Of a stretch of 64,000 bases of DNA, positions 13,385 to 28,161 are shown piece by piece (the first letter of the stretch is position 1; every line of letters starts with the position of its first letter). The position numbers and the translations under genes were made by a program. This DNA comes from Octopus sinensis (Eukaryota), in NCBI RefSeq assembly GCF_006345805.1, contig NC_043021.1, forward strand, positions 28,334,001 to 28,398,000, written 5' to 3'. The notes under the pieces were generated by a model that saw nothing but the letters and a program-made list of their open reading frames with translations, made no database searches and was not told where the DNA came from.

Positions 13385-15480
13385 TCTGTTGTTATCATTC
13401 CTCCTGATCTTCCCCTCTCTAAAGCTGGGCGCTCAATTCTCAGCAGGGGTCCAGTTACTGCATCCAGTAACGAATTTCAGACCCGTGCTGATATTCATAG
13501 CTTTGTGCGCCGTGTCAGGTTATATTCACTATTGCACAACGCTTCCCCTGCATCCAACGAAGAGGATCGCTTCACCAACTTGGGCCGCCGACCATTCCAC
13601 TGAACGCCAGCTCCTGGCCAATTCCAAGCAGTCGGTCATTTTGCAGGCATCTGCCAATGTGTTGTGGACCGGTTTAACTTTCGCAGGGGTCTCCGACATC
13701 TAGAGTTCTCCCCGACCGAACTCTAAACTCTTCGATGTCTCCGACGCTGCAAAGACATTATCATAAAACTACAAGGCTGGAGCCGTGGTGGTGTGGTGCG
13801 CAGACCTCTACAAAGCTGAAGGTCTCAGCCAACTTCAAGACACCTACTTCTATTACTCTCTATCTTCAACCCCCACGCCTAGATACCAAATGACTGTGTC
13901 TTTCACTTTCGATGACCTCAGCTCTTCCTCCCCATCTTCCTCCCACCACCCCCAATCTCACTATACGCACTCCACGCATCCCCACCATTTACTCCCTCTC
14001 CAAAATCCACAAGCCCATGAAACTTGACGGCCCCATCGTCTCCGCCTGTAACTGTCTCGCGGAACTGATATACGTCGACCGTGTCCTTGCCCCCTAGTGG
14101 CTTCCATCCCCGCCCACATCCATGACGCTAACCATGCTCTCCGTCTTTCTCCTTCCCTAATGGACCCGCTAAACTTCTCTTCAATATTAATATCAAAAGT
14201 CTATATACGATGATCCCACACACCAAAGGACTTCGAGCCCTCAAACACTTCCTACACCTTCGACCTAACCCCCAACTTGACACGTCTATACTGCTTCGTA
14301 AGGCCGAACTTATTCTCTCCCTCTACTGCATCTCCTTCGCGGGGAGTTTTACCAACAATTTCGGGAGTGCCCATGGGAACGAGAATGGGCCCCAACTATG
14401 CGAAACTGTTCGTTGGCTACGTTGAAGCCCAAATATTTTCAAGATTCACGGGCCAAATCCCGAACAATATGGTCGTTATATTGATGACCGTATCGGTGCG
14501 ACCTCGCTCTCCTGCAAACAACTAGCCTCCTTCCTCTCTTATTTCCATTCTTTCCATCCTACCCTCGAATTCACCTGCACTATTTCGAACACTTCCACTG
14601 CCTTTCTCGACATTTCGGCCAACATACACAACTTCGCTCTCACTACCTCCGTCCACTACAAGCCTACCCACTCACACTCATACCTCAACTTCTCCTCCTC
14701 CCACCATACCCACGTGAAGCTCTCCATCTCCTACTCCCAATTACTCCGTCTGCGCAGGCTCTGCAGTGACAACCATGACTTTGAGACTCAGTCTCAACTC
14801 ATGGCTCGCTATTTCAGCCTTCGTGGATATACCCTCACGTATATATAACCTCGTGGATATACCAGAGCACGTTCTGTGGACCGTTCCGCTACGCTCCTCT
14901 CCCCGCATACGCCTCAAAGTTGCCCGTCTTCCGTTACCCCTCACTTACCACCCTCCACCCTGTCTTTCCAACGCACTTTTCTCCTAGCCTTCCGGCGACA
15001 CTAGTGCGACCACTCCACCTCACACATCTTCCCCAACCTACGCCTTTCCTCCTTCAAACGAGCCCACAACCTACGTGACCTCCTGGTCCACAATTTCTTC
15101 CCTAACCCCACCTCCCGACCTCGCTCGTTCCTTTGCTTCCGCACCTGCCCCTACATCACCAACATCACCATCTTCACAGGCACCCATCATCGTCCCTATT
15201 ATATCACTGACTCCTTTACCTGCACTTCTAGCAGCATCATTTACTGCATCTCTTCCTGTTTCTTCCCTTCTCTGTACATCGTTCAAGCGGGACGCCGCTT
15301 GGCTGACCGGTTCGCGGAGCACCTCCGAGATATTGGACTCGGCAAGGAAACCCCGGCTTCACACCATTTCCGCTCTACCGGTCATTCATTACAACACCTG
15401 TATTCGGTTTGTCTTTGCACAGAGGCCATCCAGATTCCCACCTTCTCTCTTTGTCCTTTGCGTTACATGGGCTCAACTAC
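13385..15480 (+). pseudogene. Penelope-like RT/GIY-YIG ORF, multiply frameshifted
   Basis: Motifs above are spread over several frames with in-frame stops. Confidence 0.85.
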
Positions 15481-16279
15481 CCTCCCCTCTTCCACTGACT
15501 CCCCTCCTCCCCTCTCTTCATCTGACACATACTTCTCTTCAGTCCTACCCACCTCTCCTCACTTCTTCTCTTCATTCCTATCCACCTACTCCCTTCATTG
15601 GTACTCCCTTACATCCACACCCCAAATATTCTACCCCCACATACCCCACCCTATCCCTACACCTCGACCTCAACACCCACGTCCTCACCCCACCCCCACA
15701 TCTCCACTCCACCCCCACATCTTCACCCCACCCCACATCTTCACCCCACCCCACATCTTCACCCCACGCCCATATCCTCACCCCACCCCAACATCCTTAC
15801 CCCACCTATATCCTGCCCCATCCCTACATCCTCACTCCTACATCTTCACTCACACATCCTCAAGCTAAACCCACACCCCACCCACACATCCCATACTCCC
15901 CACACAGACGACATCCCCTCTCTCCCACTCCCCCACACCACACACCACCACAATACATCACACCACACCACTCCACCCACATTAGCACTGACCACTTTCC
16001 AGCACCCACACCATCATCTACACACCCACACATTAAAGTCGCACACACAAACACGCACACAGCCACACGTCAAAGTCACTAGGTCCTACCACACGCCCAC
16101 ACTTACACACTCTCACATGCACACGCACGCACACCTTCGTTTTGGGATCACCAGTACTTTATTATCTCCCCTTTTCCCTAATTCCTGTGTCCAGCTACCT
16201 TTTCCCAACCACTCGCTATGAGTGATCGCTAAATCCACAAGTTTTTTTTTATTCTATCTCTGTTTATTTCCTTGCATTC

Positions 16280-16316
16280 TTTTCTGTTGAAGAGCGTAGG
16301 CTCGAAATGTAAAAGA
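16280..16316 (+). ncRNA. Minimal type I hammerhead-like motif (variant core CTGTTGA)
   Basis: tttt-CTGTTGA-agagc-gtag-gctc-GAAA-TGTA-aaag at the Penelope 3' end. Confidence 0.55.
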
Positions 16317-16434
16317 CTTTCTCACTTCCACGAACGTCAAACTAATACACTTCCTTGTTGTTTATACACCTGTCTGTGACTTTTATTTTTCTGTAAATTT
16401 CAACTATACATACATACATACATACATACAATAT

Positions 16435-16524
<90 letters not shown>

Positions 16525-17256
16525 TATACTGTTGTGTCTGGGGAGAGTCATTTTCTTTTTGTGCCTTATAATTTAACACACCCACCGGTAAAATTTCCAC
16601 TTATTATTTTTATTTTCCTAAAATTTTCGTTGCCTCTTGCAAACACACGAACTCATATACAGAATCTTGCAAACCAAATCCCAAAACGAAATATATATAT
16701 ATTCCCGATTTCGTGGAACGCCTTTTATGAGGAAGAGTTCTTCCTTATTAGGTGGAAGGAATAATCTACAATTACTACACCAGATATTCTATGTGGTGAG
16801 TTATTCCAACTGGTATCTCATTGACTGTCTTTCATAGGGGTCGTAATGCGTTGTCTGTTCTGTTTAGTAAGGATTTTGTGGAAGTGCCAAACATATCTTT
16901 GAAGGAATGTCAATAATCTGGATATGATAAAAATTAATATAGTGACGAATTTCTCTTCTCTGAAAAATGTCCATTTATCTTGTATGAAATCTTTAAAACA
17001 AATATCCTTAATAATAAATATAAATTTAAAACGCTTGTGATTGTAACACGTATCATAAGATATATGTTACTAATCGAAGAGAAATTTAGGCACACACACA
17101 TAGGGGCGCGCGCGTGTCTGTGTGGCTATGTATTAATTCATACATATGTATGTGAGGGTGTGCATGTGTACATATGTACACATGTATATATGTACACCTA
17201 AACAGACATATATACATATACTATTGTTCATAAGTTATGTGCATCTATGTATATGA

Positions 17257-17317
<61 letters not shown>

Positions 17318-17321
<4 letters not shown>

Positions 17322-17523
17322 ACCTCGTGTGTACCGTTGGCGATTTCTTCTCCTCTGTCTTCCCTTCTCTGGATCTTTCCTTCTCCTATTTTTCCGATGA
17401 AGAGCTCCGCTCGAAACGTTAGACACTCCTTCTTTCCTTCTTTCCTGAGCGTCCAATAATACTATATTTGTTCCACGTCCTCGCGTTGTTGTGTTTTTTT
17501 GTGTTTTCTTGTTTGGATTAACT
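17318..17523 (+). mobile_element. Solo Penelope-type terminal repeat with HHR motif (CCGATGA core)
   Basis: ttCCGATGAagagctccgctcGAAACGTTaga; matches 6820-7030; flanked by (TA)n on both sides. Confidence 0.8.
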
Positions 17524-18092
17524 ATATATATATATATATATATATAAACGTATATATGCATATACAACATAGATACACGTATACATATAAACAAATATAT
17601 ATATATGTATTTGACTATTTGTATATACATGTATATATATATGAGCGTTTGTGTGTTTCTATGTGCGTTTGTCTGCGTACCCATTTCACATACTCATTAA
17701 TTTATGCATCAGATATGCTGAAGAGATTGCTTATGTTTCCGGGTATGTAAACACATTGTGTATGTATCCATAGGAAAGCTAATTAAAGCACAGTAGAGGT
17801 CTGTGAACAATAAACCTTGGCTCGAACTCAAGAGAGGTTGCTGATTTTCTTCCTTGTGCGTTTCCCCAATGTCTGCTGTTTATTTGAAAGCTACTTTATA
17901 TTAAATATGCAACTGTATTCAAAGTTATCCACGTGTTTTGGCAGTTTCACCCGCAAGCAAATTTTTGTTTTGTTTTGTTTTAATAAGCATCAGGTTCATG
18001 CACAAGCTGTAATACTTTCACCAAATAATTATATGTATATACATATCTCTATATTAGAGCATGCATTTATGTATGCATGTATGTATGGATGC

Positions 18093-18129
<37 letters not shown>

Positions 18130-18364
18130 ATATATATATAATATATATATATATAATGTATATACATACATACATACATACATACATACATACATACATA
18201 CATACATACGTACATACATACATATAAATGTACATAAATATGTATATACGTATATAAATATATATATATATATATAATGATATATATATGCATATATATG
18301 TATATATTTGTATACATATACATAAACATATATATATGCATATACATACATAATATGCGTATAC

Positions 18365-18670
18365 TTATGTATATAGATGTGGGGACGGGGGAGAAACTTG
18401 TGTGTGGGCGTCTTTAGGGAAAAGTGTTTTCAAAGAAATACCTATTATTATCGAAAATACGATTATGATCAAAATTTAGACGCTTCTATTAAGAATTTCT
18501 CAGCACTCCTCGTGTGGTTTTATGAATTGCAATCCCTTCCGTTTGCTTTATGCTTTGTAGGGAAGAATAACCTTCTTTCACATTCGGGCCCACTGATGCC
18601 CACACACAATCACATACACCGGTACTCACAAATAGATATCTACACCAATTCACTGTACACCGTTTGCGTA
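18365..18670 (+). repeat. About 300-bp inverted repeat, left arm (partner 21395-21670)
   Basis: tttagggaaaagtgttttcaaagaaatacc..aagaatttctcagcactcctcgtgtggttttatgaattgcaatcccttcc..caaatagatatctacaccaattcactgtacaccgtttgc; reverse complement found at 21397-21665. Confidence 0.9.
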
Positions 18671-19263
18671 TTTTCCAGAAGCTTCGGGTACCGCTGAAAT
18701 CATCCTATATGCATTTACTGATTCCTCTCGTACACAATAATGGTGTATATTGATTTGTTTGGTATATTAAAATTTCTGCTGCCTATGGGCGCGCATTTTA
18801 CACACAAACATGAATAAACGCACGCAAACATATCTTTAAATTTATATAGATATATATATAAACACATACATAAAACGAAAGTGATACATGCATACATGTA
18901 TAGAGAGAGGTATGGTGAGAGTACGACACCCGTTGACAGAAATATACGGCTCCACTACATACAAATGATAGCGGTCTGGCGTAGTCGGCAGTTCATAATT
19001 TGGTCTTTTCGCAGTTCGAGTTAGTGTGTTGGACATATTGATTGTTGGTTCGTTGCGTGTTTGCTACTGCCGCTGTTTCTATTTTGCATCGTTGTAACAC
19101 TGTTACTGTGTATTCTTTATCTAACGTTGACAATATCAACCGTACTACGATAATATGGACGTAAGGCTATATAACAGAAAGAAACCGACGGAGGGAAGGA
19201 AAGACAACGTGTGTGTGTATACTACCACTACTACTACTGCTGCTGTTGCTGCTGCTGCTACTG

Positions 19264-19305
<42 letters not shown>

Positions 19306-19326
19306 ATAATAATAATAATAATAATT

Positions 19327-19370
<44 letters not shown>

Positions 19371-19885
19371 GATGATAAATTTCTTAAGTAAATAGTAGAT
19401 GGATTTGGTATGAACCTTTATTTTGTACAAGGGTCGTTTTGACCCATCCTGCTACTGTCCCTTATTACGGGTGGGACTCCGTTCAACATGTGTTGCATCC
19501 ATTTTGCAGTCTGGGTCTCATCAGGTACATCCATACTTAAAATTATGCCTCGCTAAAGATCCTGAGTTTTGGCTGTCATGTTGTTTATATGCCCGTCTGA
19601 TTAGGGGGGTGAAACATTGCTACAATTTTCAATTACTATTAACTTCCTATAAGAATTGCAAACATTCGTAAATATATAGAAATAGCTATTGATGAAAAAC
19701 AAAAACTATTGGGGAAGTGAATGGATGGACAGGGATGGATTGAGTTAAATTGCGTTTAAGGCATTTATCCACCATCTCTCATTAGGGAATTAGTTAAGAA
19801 CATTTCGGCCAGAATATCTAGATTATCCGCCAACGAAGATATACTCAACAAACATGCACCCTATTATAACGCCTCTCTGGCTACG

Positions 19886-20358
<473 letters not shown>

Positions 20359-21394
20359 ACACTGCTCCGGGAATAACCCCACCAAACACGACACTAACCA
20401 TACGTACAACGTTCAAAACCTGCATAAAATTATCCCAAACCATAAGAATAGGGAAATCAGTTGGTACATGAGATCCAATAATGCGATAGAGAACAGAAGC
20501 AACACTCCAGCCCAGTTAAACAGAGGAAATCACAAAATATCAACACCACCCCAGCATCCGAGAAATAAATACGAAAAATACAAGCATGATATTTTCTAGT
20601 ACAACGCGATCTGGGGCTCGAACATCTCATCCACGATCGGGAAATAGCTCTTCGCAGCTCTCAATCGCTGCTTCCCTAAAAACGTACAGCCAGCTGTACT
20701 ATGTGTATGGTAGTGTAAAACCATCATACGCATCGAATAAGAAGCGTCACGTTCATAGAATTAACAACTGCAAACTAAAGCAGCATGCAGGCAGCATCGA
20801 AAATAGGCCCTCAAAAATTGACGGTGACACATATAACAACTGTGCAAATACCGACCACGTAACGCATCACAGCGTTAAGACTCGAACAATAACACTAACC
20901 AGCAGAGGGAAAACTGCAACTACATTACTAACCAACCAACACATGATAGCCACAACAAATCAAAGAACAACACAAACACACCTAGAAAAATTAAAATAAT
21001 AATAGTGTAACCACGAGCACGAATGTAAATAGAACCGGCAGGAACCGTTCGAAATGTTCTCTGGGTAACCAATGCAAGATATAAAATGTCGTGTACAAGT
21101 GCACCGCAAATAATGGAGGAGATACCTGAGTACATATATGTTCATCGGTTTCAAAAAATAGAAACCACATCGCCAGCTTTCGGAAAATTCTTGGCCGGCA
21201 CGCAACATCATTAGCTGATTTCCGTTGGTGACTCAAGGAAGTGAAGGTAAAATACGACCTGATCTGGTCAATAATTAGACACGCGAGTCCCTACAATACA
21301 CTATCCCGGAAATACCGGCTATATTCCGAGGAATCGCTTTTAATTTTGTTGACAAAGAGCGAACTATTAATTGATTTGCGGAACGACTGTCCTG

Positions 21395-21670
21395 ATGCAA
21401 ACGGTGTACAGTGAATTGGTGTAGATATCTATTTGCGAGTATCAGTGTATGTGGTTGTGAAAAGAACGTTTGGACTTTTATTCTTCCCTACAAAACATAA
21501 AGCGAATGGAAGGGATTGCAATTCATAAAACCACACGAGGAGTGCTGAGAAATTCTTAATAGAAACGTCTAAACTTTGATCATAATCGTATCTTCGATAA
21601 TAATGGGTATTTCTTTGAAAATACTTTTCCCTAAACCCGCGCGCACACACGCCCCCAACATCTATATACA
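21395..21670 (-). repeat. About 300-bp inverted repeat, right arm
   Basis: Reverse complement of 18365-18670. Confidence 0.9.
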
Positions 21671-21775
21671 TATATATAAATACAAATATATACATACATA
21701 TATATATATATATTATATATATATATATTCATACATATATACATATATACATGTATATATACATCCATATATATG

Positions 21776-21811
<36 letters not shown>

Positions 21812-21857
21812 AACACACATACGCGCATATATATATATATATATATATGTGCATATG

Positions 21858-21893
<36 letters not shown>

Positions 21894-21918
21894 TACATAT
21901 AAATAAATATATATAAAT

Positions 21919-21950
<32 letters not shown>

Positions 21951-23659
21951 GTGTGGGTTTGTGGGTTTGCGTACATATATATAGTTATGACCTTTTATGG
22001 CGTACTTTTCATTTATCCGTGTTGCTCTGTGATATTTCTGATTCCTTATTATATATTCATGCATTTACTATTTGACAGAAAACGTGGTCATTTGTATAAA
22101 CACATTCACACACGTACTCCTACTCATACTTAGTCATATATACAAATATATATATATATATACATACATACACACATACATACATACATATATATATGTG
22201 TGTGTATGTACATATGTACATATGTATGTATGTATGTGCGTATGTATGTATGTATGTATGTATGTATGTATGTATGTATACATGCACATATAGATGCATA
22301 TATATACATATATTGACATGACATACAAATATAGTAACTGATGGGTCTCTCTCTTTGTTCTTTTTCTATTATTTTGATTTTATATTCTATTTCAAGTGCT
22401 GTTTCAAATTTCTGGGCCCGTTCCCGTTTGTGTGTATATCGAGGAAGATCATGCAGCATGATTTCCTTTTTTGATGCCAGGTTTTTGCCCTGCCGAAATT
22501 TTACAATTTCTTCTAAATCCGCTCTCGAATTTGCCCCAGATCATGAGGTACATTCTAAATGGCATTGTTGATTATATCTTCAAAATTTGTTCTGGCTATT
22601 ACGTTGATGGCTATATACGTTGATGCGATCACGTTGTTTGCATCCGAAGAATTGCTCGCGATGGAGGAATACTGCGATTGCATTCTCGCTTTGCACAGTG
22701 CTCTCATACAACACACATTTCTGATCATCTTTACCATCTCTGCGATCTAAATTTTTCTCTTTTTGTGCACCTGCTGATGGATCTACATTGCAAAATTCTA
22801 TATCATCTTCCACGTTATCTACATTTACGTTACTACTACAAAATCAATATTTGCTGTTGGTTATAGTGATATTACACTCATGCTAAGTATAATATATTTA
22901 GCAAGGTCTCACAGTTCGTTGCAGTCATTGATTCTGCTGAGAAGGTCATCAGCGTTGTCTCAAAAAGTGAGAAACTTTTCTTTATTTTACTAGGCCCTGT
23001 GGTCGCTGGAGATATTGGCAACACAAACTGTTATGGCTGGAGTTCTTGTGATCCTTCTTGAGTGCGTAAAATCAGGTTCACCGTTCTTTACTCGCGGTGT
23101 GTCGTCTTTGTTGGAGGATGTTATCTCGTGTTTCGATGCGGGCTTTAAGGCATCTTTCCCATATTTCCCATATCTCGCGTTGTTCCTTCTTTTATATCAC
23201 TAATGTATAGCTTCAACAAGACTGTGTTTGGCAAACTATCTACAGACATTCTGACAGAATTGCCTCTGGAAACGTATTTTCGCATTTCTAATACGTATTC
23301 TCAGTTTTTTATAGGCCTGCAAAACCAAGTTAAATTAACCAACACACACACACACGTCTTCTTCAATTGGCAATAATAATAGAAAAAGCAAAAATATAAA
23401 TAATTAGATAAATGAAAATATTATCAGCTAACATGCTGGCCACTGTCAGAAAATTGAATACATTATTTGGGAAATCTGCACCCTTTGAAAGTTCCCGTGG
23501 CTGAAGTGTATTTTTGTGGACGAAATGTACTTTTGGAAGATAATCACAAATAATGAAGCCTTATATAAAATTAAGAAACAATATACTGAAAACCATTACG
23601 TTGGGGTTTTATGAATATTGGCAAATTAAGAGGCCCCCTCAGCTCTAGTTTAATCGATG

Positions 23660-23990
23660 TCTGAATCGAGGCTTAGCGATTATGGTATTTGGCTCACAAT
23701 CTCAATGTCTTGAGTTCGATTCCTGGCAGCTCTTTCTGTCCTAGATCAAGACACTATCTCACGTTGCTGCGGTTCACTGAATAGCCAAAACGGAGTTGCA
23801 CTTGTCATTAATTGATTCAAAGGGCCAGTCTTTTCACATTCTGTGTGATGCGGAATTTCCCTGAGAACTATGTTAAGAACAGGTGTGTCTGTGGAGTTCT
23901 CAGCCACTTGCACGTTCATTTTCCGAACAGGCTGTTCCGTCGATTGGATCGACTGGGTCTCTCTTCGTTGTAACCGACGGAGTGCCAGCT
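23660..23990 (+). mobile_element. tRNA-derived SINE family D-like, diverged
   Basis: ggcttagcgattatgg (A-box-like), gagttcgattcc (B box), caagacacta..tcacgttgctgcggttcact central domain similar to 60362-60615. Confidence 0.65.
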
Positions 23991-24294
23991 AGTTTGACTT
24001 TACAAAATTAATCAATTGATCTAAGGAAATTCAAACAAATGAAAGAGCGAATGAATGTGGGAATACAGGAATGCCTCCAATAATGGAAGAAGATATTAAA
24101 ACCAAACATGTAGGATTGTTTATAGCAATCCATCAGAACCTGTATGAGAACCGCCTGGAAATGTTCTCTTACGCAAGCCTTTTATTTTAAGGAGACCTAT
24201 TTTTAAAACCGTTCATTAAAATGTCATCTCGGTTTATTATGTCGGAAGCACTATCTTAATGAGACAGTTCTTTTTCTAAATTGTCTTTATCTTT

Positions 24295-24690
24295 CATCTT
24301 TTACTTGTTTCAGTCATTAGATTGCGGCCATACTGGAGTACCGCCTTCAAGGTTTTCACCGAAAAGATCTCCCCTAGTAATTATATATTAATTATATATG
24401 TCTGATCGGTATTCTATTGGTCAATCCTTTTCGGATCACTAAGTTATGGTGTCGCAAACAAAGCAGGATCTGTTGTCAAGCGGATGGGCGGTGGGGGGAT
24501 GGGGTAAAATACAGACGCGAAGACACACATGCACTCACATATATGCATATGTTTCAATTTCACACAATCTCTGTCTACCAAATTCACTCACATGGCATTT
24601 GTCGGCCCGGGGCTAAAGGAGGAAGACATTTGCCCAAGAAGCCGTGCAATGAGACTGAACCGGAAACCACATAATTGCAAACGAGCTTCG
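24295..24690 (-). mobile_element. SINE family A, diverged
   Basis: ttttacttgtttcagtcattagattgcggccatactggagtaccgcc ... gactgaaccggaaaccac. Confidence 0.8.
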
Positions 24691-24811
24691 TAAATTTTCA
24701 AAATTAATTTCAACAAACTTAGAGTATTTGAACGGAAATACTTTAGCAAAGTGGTTAAAAAAAAAAAAACCTTATAGGCGCAGGAGTGGCTGGGTAAGTA
24801 GCTTGCTTACC

Positions 24812-26814
24812 CGCACATGCGCGTTGGTGTTGCTTATTACAGAGAACCGAGGTGGACGTGAGTGTGTTGGCTCTTGTCCAATACTGAACTGAAAGAAAAC
24901 ATCAGCATAAGATGGAGGTGGATTTGTTTTCGTTTGAGCTGGGTGTAATTTGTCAAATAGTAATTGTTTGTTTGTTGATAAATTTCGCCCAGCTCCGTGG
25001 CAATTCTGCCTGCTGTCGGCGGCTGCTGCTTGTTGTTTTGTTGTATTGGGGGGAAAAGGGGTGGGGGTATATCCTCGCTCGAACTTACTGGATTTTGCCA
25101 TTGAAACTTGTTGGATTACCATTGAACCTACGAAGTTGGCCAGGAGTACCTGTTGGCCATTGATGTTTGCTGTGTGAACCGGTTTTTCTTTTCTCTATCT
25201 TTCTATGTTTCTTTTTGGAACTGTTTTTGCGTTTCTTTTGGATTTTATTTTTTATTCATTTTTTGAACTGACTTATTTATTTCTTTTTGGACTTCTTGTT
25301 AACTTATTTGGACTTTCCTTTTTCTTTTGAACTGACTTTTAACATGGCAAAGGCAAAAAAGTGCCTTACAATGGGAGGTGGTCCCATCTAAGTAATGGAT
25401 TACAAACCGTGAGAGAAGAACGGTGGTACGACGGATCTATTCTAGGTCACGTGATGCCATCGCCCTCCTCGACAAGGGTATCATTAATAAAGAGCTGGCA
25501 AAATATTTGCCAGCCAAAAATTATTATATAACCAGGGGTGTCAAATACGCCACAGCGTGGCTGCTTTTTGACACCCCTGAGGAGGCTTGCACTGTGGCAG
25601 GCTAGCCCTTGGAAGGGGAGGAGATTTTTGCTTGTTCCCACATATCGTGGGAAGAAGGTAATAAAGGCCTGGGTAAGTGGTCTGCCCCCGGGCACCGAAG
25701 CGGGGTGGATTGCAGATGCCATCCGGAGGGGCCTGGGGAATAGTGGGCCCAGGCTCTTAAATATAGAGATAAAGCCTGCGGTCGACTGGGAGCAAAGGGT
25801 ACAAAGGCGACTTTGACCCTATGGACTCCAGTGGCAGCGGGTGAAATGACTTTCCTTGACTTTTTGAAAATGGATGGCTCAAGGTATCCAGTGATACTTG
25901 AGGGTCGCCCCACCCAAGTGTCACTCGTGCCTGGAGTTAGGCCACATTAAGAAGGACTGCCCCGGGGCCGTCCGCTCTCCCATTGCTGGGAGAAACAGAG
26001 GAAGTCGTTGAGGCATCGGCCTCAACGAGAATGAAAAGAAAGGTGAGAAACAATGGTTGCTCACCAACAGAGGCGCAGGTTGCGGGAGACGCGGAAGACC
26101 CCCCCCCCCGAGTGTGTCACCGGAGGCCCCGACTCCCGCAACCGTAAGAAGGAAAAAGAGGAGGAAGAGAAACGGGAGACGGTCGGCGGATGTCGCTGTG
26201 CCGCCGACCGAACCCGATGCTACTCCAGTTGAAGGTGCAGCACTGGAGCGAGAGGTTCTGTCAGTTGGAATTGTACCACTGACAGAGCAGGCTGAGGCCT
26301 CTTCCCGTGAAGAGGAGTTGAAACCCGTCATTTTCTATCTCAGGGGAGGTCCTGTCGAGTAGTGCTTGGACGGTCTTCCAGGCCGAGAACGATTGTCCAG
26401 GCTGGCCTCCGCAGGTGGCTGCAGAGGTCATGAGTCAGAAGGAGCTGTTCCAGGTCTTGGTGACCTGTAATAAGGAAGATTTTACTTTCCTCTTTCCGGG
26501 CCCCTACCTGCAGGCGGCGGGTCATTTGCTTGGGGGCTCCGATGAGGAGGATTGATCTTATAGATTGTGTGTATATTGAACAATTTATTGTATATATTTG
26601 TAAAGGACTGTTAAGTCCAATAATTGTAAAAACTGTCGTTGCTGCTTGAAAAAAAAAACAATGTTTTAGAGAAGCAGAAAATCGGCGGACGTTTTCTGCC
26701 CTCTCTCATCAATATCATCCTTGTTTCATCATTCACCTCATCAATGTACATGTCCAGCCTGCAAGCTACTCTTTGTAATGCCTTTATATCAAATCTTAAT
26801 GAAATAATGAAATA
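24812..26814 (+). mobile_element. ORF1-only non-autonomous non-LTR retroelement (Tx1/L1-type, HAL1-like), element 1
   Basis: Perfect 16-bp TSD at 24796-24811 and 26815-26830; T-rich 5' UTR; decayed gag-like ORF with CCHC knuckle; A-rich tail taatgaaataatgaaata; no EN/RT motifs seen. Confidence 0.85.
25343..26560 (+). pseudogene. ORF1/gag-like protein: RRM-like repeats, CX2CX4HX4C knuckle, basic then acidic tail; frameshifted
   Basis: RIYSRSRDAIALLDKGIINKELAKYLPAKNYYITRGVKYATAWLLFDTPEEA..LVPTYRGKKVIKAWVSGLPPGTEAGWIADAI..YPVILEGRP..CHSCLELGHIKKDC (about 25919-25960)..RRKKRRKR. Confidence 0.8.
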
Positions 26815-27635
26815 AAGTAGCTTGCTTACCAACCACATGGTTCCGGGTTCCGTCTCACTGCGTGGCACCTTGGGCATGTGTCTTCTACTATAACCTCGGG
26901 CCGACCAAAGCCTTGTGAGTGGATTTGATAGACGGAAACTGAAAGAAGCTTTCGTATATATGTATACATATGTATGTGTGTGTATATGTTTGTGTGTCTG
27001 TGTTTGTACCCCCAACATCGCTTGACAACCGATGCTGGTGTGTTTACGTCCCCATAACTTAGCGGTTCGGCAAAAAAGACCTATAGAATAAGAACTAGGC
27101 TTAGAAAGAATAAGGGATGGGGTCGGTCTGCTCAACTAAAGGTTGTGCTCTTGCAAGGCCGCAGTGAAATAACTGAAACAAGTAAAATAGTAAAAGAGTA
27201 TCGAAAATAATGAATTAATAAATGAACGAATGGCTAAATGATAGAATGATAGAATGATAGAATGATAGAATAGACGGAGCTGTCGTTGATTAATGTTATA
27301 AGTTAAACATCTAAATTCAAATGATACAAACTATCAAAATTAGCGAATTAACAAATCGAATAGAATGGATGCTGGAATAAAGAATATGTAACCGAGGATT
27401 CATAGAACAAGTAAATTAAATGACACTTTACACGCTTGTCACCGCAGAGTAACCTTGGAGAAAACGATTCATACCACAACTAAAAATGTATGGAAAAAGA
27501 ACACCCAAAAATCTACACCACGCATCGGAAACTACGAAGAAAGCCAATAGCTTCGATGGAGCTGTTATCATATATAATATATAAGTCGGTGCTCTTTGAC
27601 TGAAACAAGTAAAAGAATATACATACATACATACA

Positions 27636-27693
<58 letters not shown>

Positions 27694-27729
27694 ATGCACA
27701 TATGTATGCATACAGCATGAAGTATAAAT

Positions 27730-27975
27730 GTTTTATTTGTTTCAGTTATTTCACTGCGGCCATGCTGGACCACCGCCGTTACATGAGCAAATAGACCCCC
27801 AGGACTTATTCTTTGTAAGCCTAGTACTTATTCCATCGGTCTAATTTTCTGAACCGTTAAGTTACGGGGATTTAACACCCAGCATCGTTGTCAAGCGATG
27901 TTGGGGGGGACAAACACAGACACACAAACATATACACACACACACATGCATATATATATATATATATATATATGC

Positions 27976-28009
<34 letters not shown>

Positions 28010-28086
28010 ATATAATATATATATATATTATATATGTATATATATATATATATTGCATATATACATATGTATATAATATATATATA

Positions 28087-28161
<75 letters not shown>

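Larger units (their letters stand above)
24777..27200 (+). mobile_element. SINE family A split by an insertion (head 24777-24811, remainder 26815-27200)
   Basis: ggcgcaggagtggctgggtaagtagcttgcttacc | 2-kb insert | aagtagcttgcttaccaaccacatggttccggg...; AAGTAGCTTGCTTACC duplicated. Confidence 0.9.

Noticed and set aside
15075-16221. 335-aa and 207-aa Pro/His/Thr-rich ORFs as extensin- or mucin-like genes
   Set aside because: Off-frame reading of the Penelope GIY-YIG region plus its C/A-rich 3' UTR.
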